Below, one piece after another: positions 1-9,669 of a DNA stretch of 64,000 nucleotides; within the stretch, counting starts at the first letter, position 1, and each line of letters opens with the position of its first letter. The stretch spans positions 5,659 through 69,658 of the forward strand of contig CACYYH010000002.1 in the NCBI GenBank assembly GCA_902778565.1, read 5' to 3'. The translations under genes and the position numbers were made by a program. This DNA is from an uncultured Eubacteriales bacterium (GTDB lineage: Bacteria; Bacillota; Clostridia; Peptostreptococcales; Anaerovoracaceae). Under the pieces are notes generated by a model, which saw nothing but the letters and a program-made list of their open reading frames with translations, was not told the DNA's origin and made no database searches.

Positions 1-3000
1 CCTTCCGCCATTGTGCCGTATACGCTTGGAACTTTAACAGTGTAATTATCGCTGTCTCCATTAGCACCTGTCAGCTTCATAACAAAGGTGCGTCCCTGTC
101 CCTCTGATGTCTGGACCATCCAAAGTCCCTTAAGTACGGAACCATTGCCCACAACAGTATGAGTTGACTTGCTGACTGTACCTGATACAAGCGCTGCGCC
201 GCTGTACTCTTCAGCTACGCTGTAAAGGTAAACATATGCAGCGTTTGAACGAGGGCTTATCGTTGCGGCAACGAACGGACTGTTATCAGAAGTATCTACC
301 GCCATGTCATAAATTGCGCCTTCTGCAATACCATCATTGGCGAATGCAACGCAAGCCTCAGCACGATGCAGCTTGAAGAGTGCTGAATCTTCAATATATG
401 CCTTCTGCTGTAATGTCAAAGCTTCATAATCAGCACGTGTCTTTGCAACTGCTGCTGCAGTCGTGTCATTTACATCATAATACTGCTGAATAAGTGTTCC
501 CATTGCAGTTTCAACTGCGATGGTTGCTTCATCCTTTTCAGGAAGTGCAGCATATGCCTCTTCTGCAGCAACGAGCTTATCGAGGTTTGTAACTTCTGTC
601 TTCTGTGTTTCTGTCAGAGCCTCGTAGGCAGCACGTGCAGCCTCGATGGCATCCTTGTCACGAACAGTTACGTTTGCAGCTGCAGGCAGAGCGTCGATCA
701 GACCGACAACTTCAAATGCTGCCTTGGACATCATCGTCTCATCAAATACGAATGCTGTTTGAGTCTTATTAAATGTATTACTCTTGTTCAGCGTTACATA
801 AGGAACAGTCTTGCCAAGGTCAGAAATATCAAAGGAATAAGTAAACTCCCTGTAGCTGGAATCCCCTGCATAAACCTCAGCAGTAATGCAACGCGGATCT
901 GCGAGTTGCTCATCTGTAGCAACTTTACCTAAAGCACTGCTGTCGAGCTCCGCCAGGAAAATCTTAGGATAAGTATTACGCGTATTGTAGTAGTTGATAG
1001 TTGCTGAACCATCAGCAGCTATTGTTATCAGCGCCTTTCCCTTTATGCCATTGTAGTTAGGAATGAACATTCCATAATCAGCGCCGTCTGCAAGCTTGAT
1101 TGAATTAACGCCAACGATGTATTCACCTGCAGGATATGCGGGCTCGCCACCCTGTTTTACTGTCAGGTTTGCATAAGGTGCCATGATCGGACAATCAGAG
1201 ATCAACTGGTTGCTCTTCAGATAGTGGAGACTCTCCCACTCGGTTTCATCGCCTTCTTCATCATACATCGATATGAACTTGACTTCATCCGCTGGATAAG
1301 GTCCATTGCCATGGTCTTCATCAGTGTATGCTACATATGTTTCATATGTATCAAAATCATACTTGACAAAGGCTGTTCCATCAACAGTACCATCCATGGT
1401 CTTGTAGTTCATAAGGTTCCAGTCTGTCACGGTGCCTTCCACAGTACCTTTTGCCGTCAGAATATATTTTCCTGCATCAAGTTTGAATGTGGCTTTTCCG
1501 TCTTTATCAGTAACAGCTCCCTCGATTGCTTCGAAGGATCCGTCCTTCCATACTCCTATCTGAATGCCTTCAAGAGGTACGAACTGCACATCGGTCGAAA
1601 GGTCCATTCCCATATGCCCGGTAAGTGTAACTGTGACATCATCTTCACTGGTTGTTTCTAAATCGCTTTCGCTGAACTTGGTATACCAGTCTGCATAATA
1701 TGAAGCATCTGCATTTATGGACACGTAAAGTACGTCGCCTTCCTTGACAGTATCTGTTGTGACGCCGCTTGGAATTCCTTTATCGTTGATGTAGAACAGA
1801 TTGTTCGTTGAGGAAATTCCCCAGAGTTTTTTGACCATTCCGGTGCTCGGATCATATCCGGCTTCTGCACCGCCTTCATAATATGCATTATGTGCTGCTA
1901 CAAGTGCTTCATCATAGGTAAGGCTGCCATCTTCATCGATATCGGTTACAGTGACAGGTCTGTCTATGACAGCTACTCCGTCCTTGCCTGTTACGAATGA
2001 TCCCTTATTGCTCAATGTGAAGGTTACATTAGCTGGCTCTGCAGGCTCTATTATTTCCTTAGGTGTCAGAGCTGTTCCCTCAACTGTGATAGTCTTGGCG
2101 AGCTGATCGAATGTCACGGTGCGCTCTACGTCAGTGCCGGCTTCCTCATAAGGAGCGGATTCAGCAACATGGAATGTGAATGTAAGAGGTGTCTTATCCT
2201 TAAAAGCATGCTTATTCGGTGCGTTCTCTATGCTGATAGCGAACTTTCCATCCTCAAGTGCAGTTGTCTTGGTGCTTACTGTACCGTCGACAACAGACGG
2301 ATAAACCACAGAGTCATAGGTACTATCAAGCATAGTGATCGTCGGAGCAACACCATAGTTGTTGTTTACCGGGCCACCGGTGATATAAACAGGAACTGTT
2401 GTGTTGGCCTTGAAGTCAGCCAGTTCAGTGGACAGTGTGAATTCCACGTTCTCCTTGTAGTCCTCAAGGTTCATCTTAGTTTCTTCGTCTACGAGTGTTG
2501 CCTGACGTGCATAAAAGCCCTTTTCTTCGATAGGCTGTGTTGCACGATTATCGAAACCTCGCTTTGAAACGGAGATCAGCGGTATATAAGTCTGACCCTC
2601 ATCCAGTGGTATGCGGAACTCATACTTACCTTCATCATTCGTCTGGTAGATAATGGTCTTATCTGTGCTCTCATTTGCCTCCATAGCAGCTACTATGGCG
2701 TCCTTGTCAAGTACAGCCTCGGGATATGTACCTTTGTACAGTGCGATGTAGCCGGTTCCGGACAGAGCAAATACGAGTGTGCGGCTACCATCAGAATAGA
2801 TCTCAAGTGATGCGCTTACAGCCTTGAACATAGCCTGCTCGTTCCACATTTCGAGTGTTCTGTTCTCTATCAGCTCAGGGCCCTGTTCTTCCCCGGGAAG
2901 TGCCGTAGAGTCGCTTTCCCACTCAAGTGTGTAGCCTGTCAGATAGTAGTCTCCGCCCTTGGCTTTATACCAGTCTCCATCGTGAGTTGCGGTGCTTGAT

Positions 3001-3749
3001 GAATATCCATCCCTATACTTGATCATATAATAAATATCACCATTTGATTCAAAAACTGATTTAGGGACAGGCAAAACGAACGTACGACCTATAACGGTTT
3101 CATCGTCATCACCATAAATCTCGATTACATTTGCAATCGGGGTTCCTTCAACCAGAGTATGATTTGTCTCATCAGATGCATCAAGTATCTCACTCTGTTT
3201 GCCATAAGCCATACCATTAAAACGATCAAGAGTACTTGCTTCTGTAGCACCATCAATGGATGTGATAAGCCATGCATTATCGCCTTTGATGACCACGCGT
3301 GCTGATTCAGAATCGAAGTGGTACATGCTAACCAATGCAGTTTTCAGTCCGGGAATAGTGTATGTGCCATCTGCAAGTTCAACGGGATCAGCTGCCGGCT
3401 CATCCCCATCACCTCTGACCGGTTCAGCAGTTACAGCTGCCACTTCAGGAGCTTCTTCCTGTACCTCAGGTTTAGGAATTTCAGCTGTAACTTCAGGAGC
3501 TTCTTCCTGAACAACTTCCGGCGCAGGCTCTTCCTCAGCAGGAAGTTCCTCCTGTACCTCAGCTTCAGGTTCTGCAATTTGCTCTGCCTCTTCGGCTGCC
3601 GGTGCAGCTTCAGCTTCAGGAGCGTCTAAGATCACTTCATTAGCTTCAGCTTCTGTGAAATCATCAGCATAAACCGGCATGGCCATGAACGTGAATACCA
3701 TAGCCACCGACAGGAGCATCACTAAGGCTTTTTTTAATCCTTGTTTCAT
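1..3749 (-). CDS. Large secreted cell-surface protein, C-terminus outside window (>=1249 aa): signal peptide, acidic Pro/Glu/Ala-rich linker, DUF4430-like (transcobalamin-like) module, helical ...ALTxxQK... repeats
   Basis: Absent from the ORF track because no stop lies in the window. Manual minus-strand translation from ATG 3749 gives MKQGLKKALVMLLSVAMVFTFMAMPVYA... with RBS AGAAAGGAAAAG upstream. The frame checked at the window edge still reads ...DNYTVKVPSVYGTMAE. The segment LWGISSTNNLFYINDKGIPSGVTTDTVKEGDVLYV resembles DUF4430. The plus-strand ORFs at 1224-3629 are shadows. Confidence 0.85.
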   Translation of the reverse strand, partial: MKQGLKKALVMLLSVAMVFTFMAMPVYADDFTEAEANEVILDAPEAEAAPAAEEAEQIAEPEAEVQEELPAEEEPAPEVVQEEAPEVTAEIPKPEVQEEAPEVAAVTAEPVRGDGDEPAADPVELADGTYTIPGLKTALVSMYHFDSESARVVIKGDNAWLITSIDGATEASTLDRFNGMAYGKQSEILDASDETNHTLVEGTPIANVIEIYGDDDETVIGRTFVLPVPKSVFESNGDIYYMIKYRDGYSSSTATHDGDWYKAKGGDYYLTGYTLEWESDSTALPGEEQGPELIENRTLEMWNEQAMFKAVSASLEIYSDGSRTLVFALSGTGYIALYKGTYPEAVLDKDAIVAAMEANESTDKTIIYQTNDEGKYEFRIPLDEGQTYIPLISVSKRGFDNRATQPIEEKGFYARQATLVDEETKMNLEDYKENVEFTLSTELADFKANTTVPVYITGGPVNNNYGVAPTITMLDSTYDSVVYPSVVDGTVSTKTTALEDGKFAISIENAPNKHAFKDKTPLTFTFHVAESAPYEEAGTDVERTVTFDQLAKTITVEGTALTPKEIIEPAEPANVTFTLSNKGSFVTGKDGVAVIDRPVTVTDIDEDGSLTYDEALVAAHNAYYEGGAEAGYDPSTGMVKKLWGISSTNNLFYINDKGIPSGVTTDTVKEGDVLYVSINADASYYADWYTKFSESDLETTSEDDVTVTLTGHMGMDLSTDVQFVPLEGIQIGVWKDGSFEAIEGAVTDKDGKATFKLDAGKYILTAKGTVEGTVTDWNLMNYKTMDGTVDGTAFVKYDFDTYETYVAYTDEDHGNGPYPADEVKFISMYDEEGDETEWESLHYLKSNQLISDCPIMAPYANLTVKQGGEPAYPAGEYIVGVNSIKLADGADYGMFIPNYNGIKGKALITIAADGSATINYYNTRNTYPKIFLAELDSSALGKVATDEQLADPRCITAEVYAGDSSYREFTYSFDISDLGKTVPYVTLNKSNTFNKTQTAFVFDETMMSKAAFEVVGLIDALPAAANVTVRDKDAIEAARAAYEALTETQKTEVTNLDKLVAAEEAYAALPEKDEATIAVETAMGTLIQQYYDVNDTTAAAVAKTRADYEALTLQQKAYIEDSALFKLHRAEACVAFANDGIAEGAIYDMAVDTSDNSPFVAATISPRSNAAYVYLYSVAEEYSGAALVSGTVSKSTHTVVGNGSVLKGLWMVQTSEGQGRTFVMKLTGANGDSDNYTVKVPSVYGTMAE

Positions 3750-3832
3750 ATGCTTTTCCTTTCTCTAAAATAACTAGTTTAACAAGTTTCTCGCTTTCTG
3801 GATTTGCTTTCTTTCTTTGGCCCTCCAGCCAA

Positions 3833-3898
3833 ACAAAAAACCTCCTTTCCTCAGAAAGCAGGTGCTCTTAACGCAAAAACAGGCCCGGAGGCCTGTTA
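3833..3898 (-). terminator. Two tandem intrinsic terminator hairpins (expression platform of the cobalamin riboswitch)
   Basis: Minus strand has AACAGGCC-TCCG-GGCCTGTT followed by TTTTGCG (3872-3898). It also has CCTGCTTTC-TGAG-GAAAGGAGG followed by TTTTTTG (3833-3863). Both lie between the aptamer and ATG 3749. Confidence 0.7.
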
Positions 3899-3949
3899 TC
3901 ATGCACTTATAGCATTGGGCACACTTTCTCCGGAAGCAATTACCAATAT

Positions 3950-4140
3950 ATCTTCACAGCAGGTTTCCTGACTCACAGATCTGCATTCCCCCGAGCCTTC
4001 TCAGACGTACCAAAACGTATATATCGTCCGTGTGACGTCCAATGGCATATTTCGGGAAAACTCCCTGTTCACAGTGACCGGATCGCTCAGGATTCTCACC
4101 TGATTCCCTATTATCCAGACTATTACCGCCTGGCACTGTA
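3950..4140 (-). promoter_or_regulatory. Cobalamin (B12) riboswitch aptamer
   Basis: Minus-strand RNA reads ACAGTGCCAGGCGG...AATAGGGAATCAGGTGAGAATCCTGAGCGATCCGGTCACTGTGAACAGGGAG...ATGCCATTGG...GAGTCAGGAAACCTGCTGT. It contains the conserved AGGGAA/GGTGAGAATCC/CACTGT core and a B12-box-like AGTCAGGAAACCTGC, and P1 closes as ACAG...CTGT. Confidence 0.85.
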
Positions 4141-4165
4141 AAGCTTATTATTTTTTGACGCAATT

Positions 4166-4195
4166 ATTATATCAGTATCTACTATTATATGTCAA
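4166..4195 (-). promoter_or_regulatory. Sigma-A type promoter for the riboswitch-controlled transcript
   Basis: Minus strand TTGACA-N18-TATAAT about 25 nt upstream of the aptamer. Confidence 0.55.
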
Positions 4196-4206
4196 TTATT
4201 TCGCAA

Positions 4207-4240
4207 TAAAAAAGAGGGGTCTCACACTCGGAAACCCCTG
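4207..4240 (-). terminator. Intrinsic terminator ending the nine-gene TRAP/enzyme operon
   Basis: Minus strand AGGGGT-loop-ACCCCT followed by CTTTTTTATT, 40 nt after the CoA-transferase stop. Confidence 0.7.
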
Positions 4241-4279
4241 TTTAAATCAAGGTTTTTTGTTCTTAAGCCCTCATATCAC

Positions 4280-5815
4280 TTATTCCTGAAATATCCGTTC
4301 GTCCATCAGCTTCAGTCCTTCGTCCACTATAGGTGTGAAATCCATAAGATCGAGGATCTGGGTCTGCACATCTATGCCCGGCGCAACCTCTGTCAAATGG
4401 AGCCCATCCTTCCTGAGTTCGAATACACATCTCTCAGTTATGTATTTTACGGGCTGTTTTATTTTTTTTGCATATTCTCCGCTGAAGGTGATCTGTTCAG
4501 CCTTATTTATGAACTTTTTAGCTCTACCTTCATTCAGAACAATGAGTTTGCCGTCGTTGACCTCTATCTTGAGTCCTCCTGCCGTAAATGTGCCGCAGAA
4601 ATAAACCCTTTTGGCATTCTGGGTGATATTAATGAAACCTCCGCAGCCAGCTACTCTGCCTCCGAACTTTGAGACATTTACATTACCTTTCTCGTCTACT
4701 TCAGCTAAACCCAGAAATGCATCATCTATACCTCCGCCATCGTAAAAATCAAACTGATTCGCTTGGTCGATTATAGCCTGAATATTAATTGCTCCGCCGA
4801 ACTGCGGTCCTGCCTGAGGAACACCACCGATACCGCCGGCCTCAACTGTCAGTGTCATATAGTCACCTATGCCCCACTCACTGGCACAAAGGGAAACGTA
4901 TTCCGGTATGCCGATTCCCAGGTTTACTACTGTATCAGGGCTGAGCTCCAAAGCACATCTTCTGCCGATTATTTTTTTCGGACTCATTGGAGGATATTTG
5001 ATCTCTCCCAGTTCTTTGATAAAATCACCTGTCATGGAGCCATCATATTCGCATCCCACACACTGTTCATGCTCTTTCGGATCGTCACAAACCACGATAT
5101 AGTCCACGTATATGCCGGGGATTTTCACAAGTTTAGGATCGCAAAGTTCATCCTCGAGCTTACGCTCTACCTGTACTACTACGATGCCTCCGCAGTTTTT
5201 AGTGGCCTGAGCAGTTGAGAGGACTTCTGTAGTTGTTACTTCTCTTTCCAGAGAGATGTTTCCATAGCGGTCTGCGCTAGTTCCACGCAGGAAACAGATG
5301 TCTATGGGGATCGATTTATAGAGAAGTTTTTCTTCCCCAAGGATATCAACCACTTCTACCAGATCCTCTGTTGTTATGCTGTTAAGCTTACCGCCTTCTT
5401 CTCTTGGATCTACAAAAGTGCCGAGACCCACATGCGTGATAGTACCCGGTTTTCCTGCAGCAATGTCTCGCATAAGATGCGACAGCGTTCCCTGAGGGAA
5501 ATTATACGCTTCGATCTTATTATCTAATGCCATCTGTCCCAGCTTAGGAGCCATATTCCAATGACCGCCTATGACCCTTTTAACCATACCTTCATGGGCA
5601 AAATGATCCGTACCTGAACCATCTCTGTTCCCCTGAGCAGAAGTATGGAACAGAGTCAGATTTCTTGGCTTACCTGTCTCAAGGAATCTTTTTTCAAGGG
5701 CTCCTGTCAGGTTCTCCGGAAGAGCGCACGCCACAAATCCGGATGGAACTATAGTCATTCCGTCTTTTACGAGCTCTGCCGCCTGTTCTTTTGTAATGAA
5801 TTTAGCACATTTCAT
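4280..5815 (-). CDS. Family I acyl-CoA transferase (propionate/acetate CoA-transferase, Pct/YdiF type)
   Basis: 511-aa ORF. The N-terminus FITKEQAAELVKDGMTIVPSGF resembles Pct (..IITADEAAKLIKDGDTV..). Length is typical of the family. Confidence 0.8.
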   Translation of the reverse strand: MKCAKFITKEQAAELVKDGMTIVPSGFVACALPENLTGALEKRFLETGKPRNLTLFHTSAQGNRDGSGTDHFAHEGMVKRVIGGHWNMAPKLGQMALDNKIEAYNFPQGTLSHLMRDIAAGKPGTITHVGLGTFVDPREEGGKLNSITTEDLVEVVDILGEEKLLYKSIPIDICFLRGTSADRYGNISLEREVTTTEVLSTAQATKNCGGIVVVQVERKLEDELCDPKLVKIPGIYVDYIVVCDDPKEHEQCVGCEYDGSMTGDFIKELGEIKYPPMSPKKIIGRRCALELSPDTVVNLGIGIPEYVSLCASEWGIGDYMTLTVEAGGIGGVPQAGPQFGGAINIQAIIDQANQFDFYDGGGIDDAFLGLAEVDEKGNVNVSKFGGRVAGCGGFINITQNAKRVYFCGTFTAGGLKIEVNDGKLIVLNEGRAKKFINKAEQITFSGEYAKKIKQPVKYITERCVFELRKDGLHLTEVAPGIDVQTQILDLMDFTPIVDEGLKLMDERIFQE

Positions 5816-5861
5816 AAATTACTGACCTCTTTTCAAATAGAAATAATCATTTCGTTTCGGA

Positions 5862-6836
5862 TCATCCTACAACCAGGTACTTTTCATCAATTACACCGGT
5901 CATAAGGCCTACCAGGTTTTTTGCTGCCAGCCAGTTGGACGCCTTGAAATTTTCGAGTGTAAAAGGTGTGGTATGAGGTGTAAGTATGCAATGGGGGGCG
6001 CCGATAAGTTTGGAATCCGTGCAGGGTTCCTTATCAAATACGTCTACTGCAGCACCTGCCAGTTTGCCGCTCTCAAGGGCTTCCCTGATCGCCTCTTCAT
6101 CTCCCACCCGTCCGCGGGCAATATTGAAAAGAATGCTGCCGTCCTTCATTTTTCCAATGAAATCTCTGTTTATCAGATAAGTAGTTTCTTCTGTAAGCGG
6201 CACACAAACGCAAGTATAGTCGCTCTCAGCCAGAAGTTCGTCAAGCGGCTTGTAAACAGCGCCGTACTGATCTGCTATGCCTGCCAGTTCTTCTCCATTG
6301 GGATGTTGTCTGTTATATATTATGTTCATTTCAAAAGCGCTTGCTCTCTTCGCTATCTCATGTCCAAGTGCTCCGTAACCCACAATACCCAGAGTCCTGG
6401 TCTTTGCACCCGGCATGAACATACGTCTCCACTCGCCCTTATGCATATATTCGCTCTGGAGATCTACCCTGCGGGCAAAGTACAGGATATATGCCATCAC
6501 GCCCTCGCCGACTGACGATTCTATCGTCCCTCTTGCTCTGGCGACCTTAATGCCATGGCCCCTGCAGTACTCTATGTCCACGCTGTCCAGACCGACTCCG
6601 CGGCGGGAAACGTATTTCAGATTCTTACACGCTTTAAATACAGGTTCCGATGCTTTTTCCAGCGCGTTGATCAACCCATCAGCATCACCTATAGCTTCGA
6701 TCATTTCTTCATCGGTAGTGGATGAACTGAATCCTGCATTGCTCAAGTCAATCACTTCCAGCCCTTGCTCCTGAAGCCATTCTATAACTTCCGGGCTTGG
6801 CCCTGAAAACTCTCTTGCTGTTATTACTACTTTCAT
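5862..6836 (-). CDS. D-isomer-specific 2-hydroxyacid dehydrogenase family protein
   Basis: 324 aa. NAD fold GIVGYGALGHEIAKRA. Also ARGRVGDEEAIREALESGKLAGAAVDVFDKEP. Confidence 0.85.
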   Translation of the reverse strand: MKVVITAREFSGPSPEVIEWLQEQGLEVIDLSNAGFSSSTTDEEMIEAIGDADGLINALEKASEPVFKACKNLKYVSRRGVGLDSVDIEYCRGHGIKVARARGTIESSVGEGVMAYILYFARRVDLQSEYMHKGEWRRMFMPGAKTRTLGIVGYGALGHEIAKRASAFEMNIIYNRQHPNGEELAGIADQYGAVYKPLDELLAESDYTCVCVPLTEETTYLINRDFIGKMKDGSILFNIARGRVGDEEAIREALESGKLAGAAVDVFDKEPCTDSKLIGAPHCILTPHTTPFTLENFKASNWLAAKNLVGLMTGVIDEKYLVVG

Positions 6837-6848
6837 CTTGCGTTCCTT

Positions 6849-8810
6849 TCAGAGTTCAGCTACTGCATTGACAGCCGCTTCAGTGGCTCCATGAATCGTT
6901 CCGGGTGCCTTTGCTGCGTCGCCTATCACAACCGGATTTATCCCTATTTCTTTTAATTCTTCCGCTAATGAATTTACGCTTTTAACACCTACTGCAGATA
7001 CTACCGTATCTACGTTTTTTATCTCTTTGATTTCCCCGTCTTTTTCATATCTTATAACATCATTCTCAACCGATAACACCTTTGCCGAGGTAATGATATT
7101 TATGCCCTTTCCCAGCATCCTTCTTATCATCAGAGGCCTTTCGGAAGTCTTCAGATCCGCTGCGACAGACGGGAGCATTTCTATTACCGTTACTTTGCGG
7201 CTCCTTACGTTGAGGTCATTTACCGGATGCGCCAAAAAATCCGCCGTCTCGCAGCCTACAAGGCCTCCGCCTACCACAACGGTATTCACTCCGCTCATTG
7301 CCTTTCCCTCAAGAGCATCAAAAGATGTGATAAGGTTTGCTGCCCCTTTCAGGAAACCCGGCACTATCGGTTCTCCGCCTGTACATACCAATACGTGGTC
7401 ATAGTTTCTTTCTTTGATTTCTTCTGCTGTGAGAGTACAGTCAGTAGTTATCTTCACTCCATATCTCTCACATTCTTCTATCATATACCTCGTGCCGGCA
7501 GCTATTTCCTGCTTGCATGGAGGAAAAGCCGCCAGGTACATCTGACCTCCAAGACGGTCGCTTGCTTCTATAAGTTCAACGTCAAATCCTCTGTAGGCTA
7601 CATACTTTGCAGCGGTCAAGCCCGCAGGCCCTCCGCCTACCACCAGAACTCGACCGGAAGATTTGTCTCTGCCGTTAATAAGCTCTCTCAATTCGAATTC
7701 TCTTCCTGCTTCCGGATTCATCGTGCACCTTACAGGATTATCAAAGTTTACATTCGATATACAATGATTACAGCCTATACACGGTCTGATCTCATTCTCA
7801 ATACCGTTAAAGGCCTTATTCGGGAACTCCGGATCGCACAGCATGCTCCTTCCCATATAGCAGGCATCTGCTTTCCCCAAAGCAAGGATCATTTCAGCGA
7901 CCCATGGTTCATTTATCCTTCCAATGAAGCCAACCGGGATAGAGACTGCTTCTTTTATTGCCGCCGCTCTTTCCATGTTAAAGCCCTTGGGAGTTCCGTT
8001 GGGAGCAAGTGTCTCCCATGGCGTTGTAAAGGTACCATAGGACATGTGTATCATCGATGCTCCTTCTTCCTCAAATCTCTTTGCGACATATCTGCCATCC
8101 ATGAGGGACTGTCCGCCTTCAAATCCGTCCTCAGCCGACATCCTCATCATTATCGGGAATCCTTCCGGTACTCTGCTTCTGATCTCTCTGAGGACTTCCA
8201 GGGTGAGTCTCAGCCTGCCCTCAAGGTTTCCGCCATAACAGTCGACCCTCTTGTTTTCCATTGGTGAAAGAAAACGTCCCAAAAGACCGTGCCCATGGCA
8301 GCAGTGGATCTCTATCGCGTCGAAACCTGCCTTAACAGCTCTCACCGCTGCTTCACCGAACTTCCTGACTATTAGCTTAAGCTCCTCTATAGTAGCAGCT
8401 CTGGATAACTCCCCTATCGCTCTTGCTTCCAACGGAGATGCCGCGACGGACTGTATACCTCCGTTATATGCAGCTGAAGCGTATGAAGATGGATGCATGA
8501 GCTGTACGCATAGCTTGACATCGTACTTGTGAGCCATATTTGTCAGCTTTTTCAGTTCATCTATCATCCTGTCCTCATAGAGCCCGAGATTATGATACGT
8601 CCCATAATTAGTATTCTCCGAAATCAGGACGTATTCGGTAGTCATGAGTCCCATACCGCCTTTGAGACGAGCCTCATAATATGCAAGCATCTCTTCTGTT
8701 ACGTTAAAATCTTCCCCCGCCAGATGTGATCCCACAGGTGACTGGAAGATGCGGTTTTTGACCACCATATTTCCTATAGTTATCGGTTTGAATAAATTGT
8801 CGTATCTCAT
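6849..8810 (-). CDS. OYE-like FMN/FAD/[4Fe-4S] oxidoreductase (2-enoate reductase / 2,4-dienoyl-CoA reductase family)
   Basis: 653 aa. N-terminal OYE barrel (IEIHCCHGHGLLGRFLSP), Cys motif CIGCNHC, C-terminal Rossmann VVGGGPAGL. Confidence 0.85.
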   Translation of the reverse strand: MRYDNLFKPITIGNMVVKNRIFQSPVGSHLAGEDFNVTEEMLAYYEARLKGGMGLMTTEYVLISENTNYGTYHNLGLYEDRMIDELKKLTNMAHKYDVKLCVQLMHPSSYASAAYNGGIQSVAASPLEARAIGELSRAATIEELKLIVRKFGEAAVRAVKAGFDAIEIHCCHGHGLLGRFLSPMENKRVDCYGGNLEGRLRLTLEVLREIRSRVPEGFPIMMRMSAEDGFEGGQSLMDGRYVAKRFEEEGASMIHMSYGTFTTPWETLAPNGTPKGFNMERAAAIKEAVSIPVGFIGRINEPWVAEMILALGKADACYMGRSMLCDPEFPNKAFNGIENEIRPCIGCNHCISNVNFDNPVRCTMNPEAGREFELRELINGRDKSSGRVLVVGGGPAGLTAAKYVAYRGFDVELIEASDRLGGQMYLAAFPPCKQEIAAGTRYMIEECERYGVKITTDCTLTAEEIKERNYDHVLVCTGGEPIVPGFLKGAANLITSFDALEGKAMSGVNTVVVGGGLVGCETADFLAHPVNDLNVRSRKVTVIEMLPSVAADLKTSERPLMIRRMLGKGINIITSAKVLSVENDVIRYEKDGEIKEIKNVDTVVSAVGVKSVNSLAEELKEIGINPVVIGDAAKAPGTIHGATEAAVNAVAEL

Positions 8811-8833
8811 TTGATCGCTCCTTTACTAAAGGT

Positions 8834-8865
8834 CAGCTCCCTGCCCGGGAATGGACAGGGAGCTG
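8834..8865 (-). other. Intercistronic stem-loop between aldolase and reductase genes
   Basis: CAGCTCCCTG ... CAGGGAGCTG forms a 10-bp stem. No U-tract follows on the mRNA strand. Confidence 0.4.
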
Positions 8866-8889
8866 TTCGATTAAAAATCAAGGAGATTT

Positions 8890-9657
8890 TTACTTAGCTA
8901 TAAGGTCCTTTACCGCCTGAAGACGCTTTTCGCTCTCCTGACGGAAGAAAACCTGGTCGTTCATACATGTTACAAGTTTAAATCCCTGCTTGACTTTAGC
9001 TGCAGCTGCTTCTGCTGTACCTGTCACAATACCGGGAACTATCCCGTATTTATTACATGCGTCGAGTACAGTCTGGATTGCTGCCTGAACTTCCGGATCA
9101 GAGGCAGGCTTGCCATAATCCTGAGACAGATCTGCCGTTCCGATGAAAACACAGTCCAGTCCGGGGGTCTGACATATTTCTTCTATGTTCGCAACTCCTT
9201 TTTGGGACTCGCACTGCATGATTGTATACAGATTCTCGTTTGCCTGCTGCTGATAGTTTTCTATCTTTCCCCAGCGGGGTCCGCGGCCGCCATTGGCTCC
9301 GCGCATTCCAAGAGGCGGGTATTTGATATAGTGTATGATCTTATCAGCCTGTTCTCTGCTTTCGACCATTGGTACCATGATTCCATGGATGCCGACGTCC
9401 AGAAGTCTGGACATCATAGTATAATCATCCGGATCATATACTCTTACAAAAGCAGACATCTCATAGAGTTCTGAAGCCCTGGACATTTCCACCAGAGTTT
9501 CGGTATCAGTCTGAGCATGTTCAGCATCTATGATTATGAAATCCATACCGTTTATGGCAAGGCATTCACAATTCATAGGGGATCCGGATGCAACGAAAGC
9601 ACCAAGCACATAACCGTTCTGTTCCAGACGTTCTCTTGCAAAGCATCTCATTTTCAT
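8890..9657 (-). CDS. HpcH/HpaI family 2-keto-3-deoxy-acid aldolase (copy 1)
   Basis: 255 aa. IIIDAEHAQTD and PLGMRGANGGRGPRWG motifs. RBS AAAGAGG. Confidence 0.8.
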   Translation of the reverse strand: MKMRCFARERLEQNGYVLGAFVASGSPMNCECLAINGMDFIIIDAEHAQTDTETLVEMSRASELYEMSAFVRVYDPDDYTMMSRLLDVGIHGIMVPMVESREQADKIIHYIKYPPLGMRGANGGRGPRWGKIENYQQQANENLYTIMQCESQKGVANIEEICQTPGLDCVFIGTADLSQDYGKPASDPEVQAAIQTVLDACNKYGIVPGIVTGTAEAAAAKVKQGFKLVTCMNDQVFFRQESEKRLQAVKDLIAK

Positions 9658-9669
9658 ATCAGTGCCTCT

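Noticed and set aside
1224-3629. Plus-strand ORFs of 84-145 aa (1224-1661, 2169-2567, 3256-3510, 3318-3629)
   Set aside because: They lie antisense to a continuous 3.7-kb minus-strand reading frame with signal peptide and RBS. Their Cys/Phe/Ser-rich compositions look like shadow frames.
3954-4163. 69-aa minus-strand ORF
   Set aside because: It lies entirely within the cobalamin riboswitch aptamer and its promoter. It has no RBS, and the sequence is explained by the RNA element.
7227-8267. 346-aa plus-strand ORF, and similar long antisense ORFs at 26361-27368, 41227-41895, 43833-44531, 44814-45602, 46013-46666, 47589-48194 and 22567-23139
   Set aside because: Each is antisense to a gene with clear family motifs (OYE reductase, ACAD, prfA, sfsA, DUF1385, rho and others). 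None has a family resemblance or a convincing RBS. They are typical shadow ORFs.
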